Assembly: GCA_019058275.1 (NCBI GenBank)
Contig: JAHLVW010000113.1
Coordinates: 1-13,836, forward strand
Origin: Candidatus Heimdallarchaeota archaeon
GTDB taxonomy: Archaea; Asgardarchaeota; Heimdallarchaeia; JABLTI01
DNA: 13,836 nt
Direction of reading: 5' to 3'
The position numbers and the translations under genes are program-made. The notes under the pieces are model-generated. The model did not search any database, was not told where the DNA came from, and saw only the letters and a list, made by a program, of their open reading frames with translations. Each line of letters begins with the position of its first letter. Positions within the stretch are counted from its first letter, which is position 1. This document shows positions 8,494 through 13,836 of this stretch, piece after piece.

Positions 8494-9467
8494 TATAATT
8501 TCGCACCTCTGTTTTGCATTTTGAATTTCATCTCAGAACCAGTAAGACCCATCATGGCTTTTTGTTCACTAACCATTTCTTGAGCTTCATAAACAACTTC
8601 TGGATTGTCCCAATAAGATGTTGCTAGGACAACAGCAGAAGCTCTTTGCATTGGATCTTCACTCTTGAAAATGCCTGAACCAACAAAAATTCCATCTGCA
8701 CCAAGCATCATCATTTGTGCTGCATCAGCGGGTGTGGTTATTCCACCTGCAGCAAAATTAACAACAGGTAAACGTCCTATTTTTGCTGTTTCTAAGACAG
8801 TATCATAAGAGCATGTCATTTCTCTTGATTTGAAAAGTAATTGCTGATAATCTTCAACTTCGAGAAGTCGCTTAATCTCATTGATTTCACCATTCACAAG
8901 TCTGATATGTCGAATAGCTTCAGCAACATTGCCAGTTCCGGGTTCGCCTTTTGTTCTAATCATAGCTGCCCCCTCATCTATACGACGAAGAGCACTGCCA
9001 AGATCTAAAGCTCCACAAACAAAAGGTGCTGCAAAATCCCACTTCCAAATATGTCTTAGCTCATCTGCAGGTGTTAGTACCTCTGATTCATCAATACAGT
9101 CTGCACCTGTTTCCTGTAAAACTTTTGCTTCGTAGGTGTGACCTAATCGACATTTAGCCATAACAGGGATAGTTATCGCTTCAAGAATATCGCAAATGAT
9201 TGGAATCGAAGCTGGTCTGGCAACACCACCAGCTCTGCGAACATCAATAGGTAACTTATCGAGAACCATTGCTGCAACCGAGCCCGCATCTTCTGCAATG
9301 TGCGCTTGTTCGACTGAGGTAACGTCCATAATTACCCCACCTTTTGTCATTCGGGCGAAACCTCTTTTCACTTTGTTTGTCCCCCGAGTAACTTTCTCAT
9401 CGGGAGTTAACTGTTGAATTGATAAACCGGTTTTCATGTATGATCTTTCTGGGAATAGATTTTTCAT
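8493..9467 (-). CDS. pdxS: PLP synthase subunit PdxS
   Basis: [68 protein letters not shown] at 9481-9487. Confidence 0.98.
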   Translation of the reverse strand: MKNLFPERSYMKTGLSIQQLTPDEKVTRGTNKVKRGFARMTKGGVIMDVTSVEQAHIAEDAGSVAAMVLDKLPIDVRRAGGVARPASIPIICDILEAITIPVMAKCRLGHTYEAKVLQETGADCIDESEVLTPADELRHIWKWDFAAPFVCGALDLGSALRRIDEGAAMIRTKGEPGTGNVAEAIRHIRLVNGEINEIKRLLEVEDYQQLLFKSREMTCSYDTVLETAKIGRLPVVNFAAGGITTPADAAQMMMLGADGIFVGSGIFKSEDPMQRASAVVLATSYWDNPEVVYEAQEMVSEQKAMMGLTGSEMKFKMQNRGAKL

Positions 9468-9487
9468 TTTTGAAAATCAACCTCCTC

Positions 9488-9513
9488 AATATACAAGTTA
9501 TAACTTGTATATT
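9488..9513. promoter_or_regulatory. Perfect 26-bp palindrome, putative operator in the pdxS/regulator divergent region
   Basis: AATATACAAGTTA|TAACTTGTATATT, located between the pdxS RBS and the TATA-like box. Confidence 0.75.
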
Positions 9514-9530
9514 AAGGTTGAAACATTAGC

Positions 9531-9540
9531 TTTTTAAATA
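9531..9540. promoter_or_regulatory. Putative bidirectional TATA box
   Basis: TTTTTAAATA reads TTTAAATA on the + strand (towards 9614) and TTTAAAAA on the - strand (towards pdxS; predicted TSS about 9505-9512). Confidence 0.5.
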
Positions 9541-9613
9541 TTGCTTGAAATATTGTTTTTTAGTAAACAGTAAAGGTAATAGAAATAAGAACGATTAATC
9601 CGGAGCGGTCTTT

Positions 9614-11059
9614 GTGAACGAAAAAATTATCTGTCAAAACTGCCAAGCAGAGCTTTATTCCTTACAACGTTCATTGACTTGTCCACAATGCAGCTCTAAT
9701 TCTGTTGAATTTTTATTTGATTCGCTAAATAAATATTTGAAAGTTAATGAAAAGGAAAAGGGAATCTGGAGGTATCGTTCATTTTTACCTAATTTTACAA
9801 AAACAATTACTCTTGGAGAAGGACAAACTCCTTTACGAAAAGCTCTTCATTTATTCTCAAATAAAATCGATTTGTATCTTAAAATTGAAGGTTCAAATCC
9901 AACTGGGTCCTATTTAGATCGAGTTTCACCATTGATGGTTTCAGATGCAATGAGTAGAGAAATGCAGTCATTAGTTTGTGCATCTGATGGCAATCTCGGA
10001 GCTTCCTTAAGTGCATATTGTGCAGCTGCTCAAATCAAATGCTTTTGTGTAACGCCAAAGAGCACATCACCAGAAAAACGAACTCAGATGTCAGCATTTG
10101 GAGCTGATGTTATTGATTATGGAGAAACCATTGATGATAGTTTGGATTTAGCTAAAAAAATGATTGAAAAGGGTCGTTATCAAGCTACTCCTGAATTCAA
10201 TATTCTTACAATTGAAGGGGCAAAAACAATTTCATTTGAAATTGCTGAGCAACAACAGACATTTGATTCAATTGAACAGCTTGATTATATTGTTGTCCCT
10301 ATGGGAAGTGGTGGTTTGCTTTACTCCTTATGGAAAGGATTGAAGCAAGCTAAGAAAATTAATTTAATCCCATCAAAGGCAAAATTACCAAAAATTATTG
10401 GAGTTCAAGTTAAGGGTTATGACACAATAACTAAATCCTTTGATTCTGGAGATCCTCTGCAAGATTCAACTAAAAAGAAACTTGTAAAAAACCAATTAGC
10501 AGATGCAATTATGGTTCGCAACCCTACATTTGGTGAAAAAGCAATTGAGAGTATTAAGGAAAGTAATGGAATAGCTATCACAGTTTCAGAGAAAGATATA
10601 ATATCTGCAAGCAAACTATTGGGGAAGAAGGAAGGAATTTTTGCTGAGTTGAGTAGCGCAACAGTTATAGCTGCAGTTGATAAACTAACTGAAGAAAAAA
10701 TTCTCCTTCAAAATTCATCAGTTTTGGCTATCATTACTGCAAGTGGTCTTAAAACTTCCAGAGCTTTCCAAAAAAGTACTACTCAAGATAAAAAGGTTGA
10801 ATCATTTAGAAGTATGGGAACAAAGGTAGAAATTTTACGAATCATAGATTCTGGTGAATCTAATTTTGGCTATGGAATTTGGAAGTCATTAGGACAATCT
10901 ATATCATTACAAGCAATTTATCAGCATCTAAAAGAATTGCTAAATACAACTCTAATTGCTGAACTAGAATCAGATGATCGACAAAAGAAATATGTAATAA
11001 GCACGAAAGGAAGAAGATTAATAGAAAAAATGGGAGAGTTAGAGGAGCTACTTGTCTAA
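9614..11059 (+). CDS. Threonine-synthase-like (fold type II PLP) protein lacking the Schiff-base Lys, fused to a C-terminal PadR-like wHTH; putative transcription regulator
   Basis: N-terminal CxxC...CxxC. ThrC motifs WRY..LP, LGEGQTPL, EG.NPTGSYLDR (K->L101), ASDGN, EGAKTI.FEI.EQ, VPMGSGG, EGIFAE.SSA, TASGLK. Residues 401-481 read IL.....GYGIWK.....SLQAIYQHLKEL...LI.....KKY.IS.KG. Confidence 0.85.
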   Translation: MNEKIICQNCQAELYSLQRSLTCPQCSSNSVEFLFDSLNKYLKVNEKEKGIWRYRSFLPNFTKTITLGEGQTPLRKALHLFSNKIDLYLKIEGSNPTGSYLDRVSPLMVSDAMSREMQSLVCASDGNLGASLSAYCAAAQIKCFCVTPKSTSPEKRTQMSAFGADVIDYGETIDDSLDLAKKMIEKGRYQATPEFNILTIEGAKTISFEIAEQQQTFDSIEQLDYIVVPMGSGGLLYSLWKGLKQAKKINLIPSKAKLPKIIGVQVKGYDTITKSFDSGDPLQDSTKKKLVKNQLADAIMVRNPTFGEKAIESIKESNGIAITVSEKDIISASKLLGKKEGIFAELSSATVIAAVDKLTEEKILLQNSSVLAIITASGLKTSRAFQKSTTQDKKVESFRSMGTKVEILRIIDSGESNFGYGIWKSLGQSISLQAIYQHLKELLNTTLIAELESDDRQKKYVISTKGRRLIEKMGELEELLV

Positions 11060-11105
11060 TTTTTTACTTCTCTAGATATTAAAAATAAGATGAATCAATG
11101 GAATA

Positions 11106-11555
11106 TCAGAAATAATCCATCATTATTTCTTCAACCCAAGAAGGCGTTTCAGCGTCATCAATCTTATCAAAACAAGCGAAATATGGTTTGATATCAACAA
11201 TAGGTGTACCATCTATTGCATCAAGTCCTTTTACTGTGAGTATATTATTTTTCACATTAATAATTTGCACTGAAGTAATTTCTATAGGATTTGGTCGATG
11301 TCTTGCTCTTTGAGCAAAAATATCTATTTTTGGTAAATCTAAGCGTCTTTTTGGATGATGTTCGAGATGTTTTTCCTTACTGAAAGATGCTTTGTGCATA
11401 AAGAAAATTATTATTGCATGAGTAAAATCCTCTAACCCAATTAAACCAGATACATAATTCTCATTAACAATTATTTCTGAAATAACTTTACCCCACTCCC
11501 TATCGTATGGATTTAATACTTCGTTTTTAACAAAACCAATAGGCTCTAAATTCAA
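11106..11555 (-). CDS. trmO: TrmO/TsaA-like SAM-binding protein (tRNA m6t6A37 methyltransferase family)
   Basis: L.PIGFV, GL.GLE.F.H...IF.MH, IFAQRARHRPNPI, V.GLDAIDGTPI.DIKPY, P.W. Confidence 0.88.
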   Translation of the reverse strand: MNLEPIGFVKNEVLNPYDREWGKVISEIIVNENYVSGLIGLEDFTHAIIIFFMHKASFSKEKHLEHHPKRRLDLPKIDIFAQRARHRPNPIEITSVQIINVKNNILTVKGLDAIDGTPIVDIKPYFACFDKIDDAETPSWVEEIMMDYF

Positions 11556-11589
11556 TTGTCAATCTCGAGTAAAAGAAGAGATGAATTAT

Positions 11590-12063
11590 CTAGAAATCTA
11601 TCTTAATACCGCCTGCTTTTAAGTGCTGTTTGTCATGTTGCCATAGGTCAAGGATTCTGTCTGTTCTATAAAATGATTTTTCATCCTCAACTGTTTCTGG
11701 GAATTTAATTAACTTTTCATATAAGGTAATTATTTTGTAACGTGTTTCCTTATATTTTTGCCTAGCTTCATCAAGTGTCAAATTGCTCATTTTTTCTAAA
11801 ACGTAATCATTCCACTCGACATAGTCCATATTCATCTTTTTGAACTCAAATTCACATTGATCTAAAGAATCATTCATTTTTCCTTCGCAAATTTTTGTGA
11901 ATTCATCATCCCAAGACCATAAATGCAACAGGAGTTCTTTTAATCCCCACCCATTAGGAAGAGAAAATGATACAGGTAAATCAAGAATTAGCTCGGTTAT
12001 TTTTTTAGTGTTTAGCATTTTTTGTTCTAAAGAAATCTTATTTGTCATAAGTAAACATGACAA
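11590..12063 (-). CDS. DinB/ClbS/DfsB-like four-helix bundle protein
   Basis: W.LKELL.HL.SWD, W-N, and a C-terminal HDKQH His pattern typical of the DinB superfamily. The start may be the ATG at 12048. Confidence 0.72.
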   Translation of the reverse strand: MSCLLMTNKISLEQKMLNTKKITELILDLPVSFSLPNGWGLKELLLHLWSWDDEFTKICEGKMNDSLDQCEFEFKKMNMDYVEWNDYVLEKMSNLTLDEARQKYKETRYKIITLYEKLIKFPETVEDEKSFYRTDRILDLWQHDKQHLKAGGIKIDF

Positions 12064-12087
12064 TAATCGCTATTGAGGATTTTGATT

Positions 12088-12130
12088 AAAAAAAAGAGAG
12101 AAATAACCTTCTTCCTGTTGGAAGAAAGTT
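12088..12130 (-). terminator. Hairpin plus T-tract downstream of ppdK remnant 1
   Basis: Minus strand AACTTTCTTCC-AACA-GGAAGAAGGTT (11-bp stem, one G-U pair) at 12130-12105, then T8 at 12095-12088. Confidence 0.6.
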
Positions 12131-12139
12131 TGTTTTCTA

Positions 12140-12307
12140 TTATTTTCTGGGTCTATTGTTCATTACTGCATGAGCAGCTGCTAAACGGGCTACAGGAACT
12201 CTTAATGGAGAACAACTGACATAATCCAAGCCAATTCGATAACAGAAATCTATTGACAATAACTCCCCTTCTTGTTCACCATAAATACAAATCTCTACTT
12301 TTTCGTA
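12140..12307 (-). pseudogene. ppdK: Pyruvate phosphate dikinase 3'-end remnant (copy 1)
   Basis: Not in the ORF track. Translates as [55 protein letters not shown]. No start codon, and the catalytic Cys of ICGEH is replaced by Tyr. Confidence 0.88.
12165..12250. repeat. 86-bp perfect direct repeat, copy 1 (copy 2 at 13354-13439)
   Basis: ACTGCATGAGCAGC...GATAACAGAAATC is identical at offset 1189. The flanks are homologous but diverged. Confidence 0.92.
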
Positions 12308-12475
12308 GCTATTATAATATTCGGAGAGAAGTAAAATCTATTTTAAAAAAAAGTAAAGATTATTTTTACAAAAATACTTGGTCATCTATTAGCATAGAAT
12401 AATACATAGAAAAATTTATAAGTTTACATAAACGTAATCAATATACGGAGAGGTAAATATTATTGAGGTGATTAG

Positions 12476-12706
12476 ATGGAAGTTGCATCAGTAAGACTAA
12501 CTGAAGAAGAAAGACAATTCTTGGAAGTATTAGTAGCAAAGGGTAGATATTCATCAATAAGTGAAGCATTGAAAGCAGGTCTATATGAATTAATGCAAGA
12601 AGAAAAGCTAAAGGAATTACCATGGAAATCGAGAGCTGAAGTAAGAAAATATTTCTCGAAAAGAAAAGTAAAAGGTCTAGAGGATTTGCATGATGAAGAA
12701 GATTAA
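12476..12706 (+). CDS. Ribbon-helix-helix antitoxin (CopG/ParD-like)
   Basis: SVRLT.....L..LV..GRY.S.SEA.K.GL..L with an acidic tail. GAGGTGA RBS at 12465-12471 and TTTATAA at about 12415. Overlaps the PIN gene by 17 nt. Confidence 0.85.
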   Translation: MEVASVRLTEEERQFLEVLVAKGRYSSISEALKAGLYELMQEEKLKELPWKSRAEVRKYFSKRKVKGLEDLHDEED

Positions 12707-13187
12707 ATGTTACTTGGAGAGCTCTTCCCTATGGAACCTTTATTATGAGGAAAAAGGAAGTGAAATAATCGAATATTGTCTTAATAATTCACAATTTGAC
12801 TGTATTAGCTCTGTCTGGAGTCAATTAGAGATTGTAAGAGGGATAAAAAAAAGAGAGAATCAAGAAGAAATAAATTCAGGTGAAGCAGAAAAATTACAGT
12901 TATTTATTGATACTGATTTAAAAAGGCTAATAAGCAAGAAAAAATTAACTTTAGAAAAGATTAAAGAAGATACTATTCTAATTGCAAAAAAATTCATCTG
13001 GCAATATAACCTTTATGCATCTGATGCTTTACATCTAGCAACAGCAACTTGTTTGAGCTGTAAAGTAATCCTAGTTGATGACTATCATTTTAAACGGTTG
13101 GATAAAACAATTATGAAAAAAGAAGGATTATTAATTTACTCAACGCTGAATACTATTTCTAATCTAGAGAAAAAAATAAATATTTAA
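12690..13187 (+). CDS. vapC: PIN-domain toxin (VapC-like)
   Basis: YLESSSL (the usual first Asp is Glu), LEI, LYASDALHLATA, and VDD..F acidic motifs. Confidence 0.85.
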   Translation: MMKKIKCYLESSSLWNLYYEEKGSEIIEYCLNNSQFDCISSVWSQLEIVRGIKKRENQEEINSGEAEKLQLFIDTDLKRLISKKKLTLEKIKEDTILIAKKFIWQYNLYASDALHLATATCLSCKVILVDDYHFKRLDKTIMKKEGLLIYSTLNTISNLEKKINI

Positions 13188-13328
13188 AAAATAAGGATTA
13201 CAAAAAAAATTTTAATCAGTTTATTATTTGTAGAATTAATAAAACCACTTTTGATAGTTAAAATGGAAAAAAGAAAGAAAGGAATCTTCCCTCTTATCCT
13301 TGCAAGAGAGATACACCTTTGTTTATAA

Positions 13329-13658
13329 TTATTTTCTTGGACCATTGGTGATCACTGCATGAGCAGCTGCTAAACGGGCTACAGGAACTCTTAATGGAGA
13401 ACAACTGACATAATCCAAGCCAATTCGATAACAGAAATCAATTGATTTTGGTTCACCACCTTGTTTACCACAGATACCTATCTCAATTTCTTTGTACCCC
13501 TTACGACCACCTTCAACAGTCATTTCCATTAGCTGACCAATACCAGCTTGCTCAATGGAAACGAAAGGATCTTCATCGAGTATTCCAAGTTCAAGATACA
13601 GACCAATAAATTTACCAGCATCGTCACGGGAGAACCCCATACCCATTTAGTGAAGATC
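13329..13658 (-). pseudogene. ppdK: Pyruvate phosphate dikinase 3'-end remnant (copy 2)
   Basis: [16 protein letters not shown]...DPF.SI.Q.G.GQL...[14 protein letters not shown]...[23 protein letters not shown] at 13649-13647 replaces the Gln of NDL.Q, ICGE has become ICGK, and homology ends at about 13658. Confidence 0.9.
13354..13439. repeat. 86-bp perfect direct repeat, copy 2
   Basis: Identical to 12165-12250. Confidence 0.92.
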
Positions 13659-13836
13659 GAATTATAACCAGAAGTAGTAGTGAAACTAAATGAGCTACAG
13701 AGGCAGAAGACTTCAATTTAGAAACAGAAAGGAATATCAGATTATTGGTTGTTAGAATAGACTATTTAAGTCTAAAATCCTGTTGAATTTTTTCAACTTT
13801 CGCCTTTTAGCATGTAAACCATTCGTTAACAAAATC

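Noticed and set aside
8493-9467. Visibly higher GC in pdxS as a sign of horizontal transfer
   Set aside because: Explained by a Gly/Ala-rich conserved enzyme; no mobility signals.
5793-10614. ORFs 5793-6044, 7952-8155, 8174-8452, 8881-9135, 9196-9417 and 10417-10614
   Set aside because: All lie antisense within well-supported genes.
9614-11059. Annotation as a functional threonine synthase (thrC)
   Set aside because: The Schiff-base Lys is absent, there is an extra wHTH domain, and no thr genes are nearby.
12438-12623. Minus-strand hydrophobic 61-aa ORF (possible type I toxin)
   Set aside because: Antisense to the purine-rich antitoxin gene, which produces Leu-rich shadow ORFs.
13329-13646. 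105-aa ORF as an independent functional gene
   Set aside because: It is a piece of the PPDK C-terminal barrel starting at an internal Met right after a nonsense codon.
13659-13836. Possible gene remnant and short inverted repeats at the right edge
   Set aside because: Interrupted by stops with no recognisable motif; the repeats are short and AT-rich.
1-13836. tRNA, rRNA, CRISPR array, transposase or integrase
   Set aside because: None seen. The propeller repeats are protein-level and diverged at the DNA level.

Overview
AT-rich archaeal DNA. TATA boxes, GAGGTGA-type RBSs and the style of the surface proteins suggest an Asgard/Heimdallarchaeia-like organism (inference). Left part: two back-to-back truncated gene fragments (a GNAT and the C-terminus of a membrane-anchored surface protein), a TrmB-like wHTH gene, a frameshifted 8-bladed Ca-binding beta-propeller, a 3-TM protein and an exported caspase-fold (clan CD) peptidase. 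Centre: a vitamin-B6/PLP cluster with an SPT-like alpha-oxoamine synthase, an ATG22/UMF1-type MFS transporter and pdxS-pdxT. Divergent from pdxST is a threonine-synthase-fold protein that lacks the PLP Schiff-base lysine and carries a C-terminal PadR-like wHTH, with a perfect 26-bp palindrome between them. This is the best candidate for an undescribed system: a PLP-sensing pseudoenzyme regulator of pdxST. Right part: trmO/tsaA-like, DinB/ClbS-like, and an RHH-PIN toxin-antitoxin pair between two decayed copies of the ppdK 3' end that share an 86-bp identical core.
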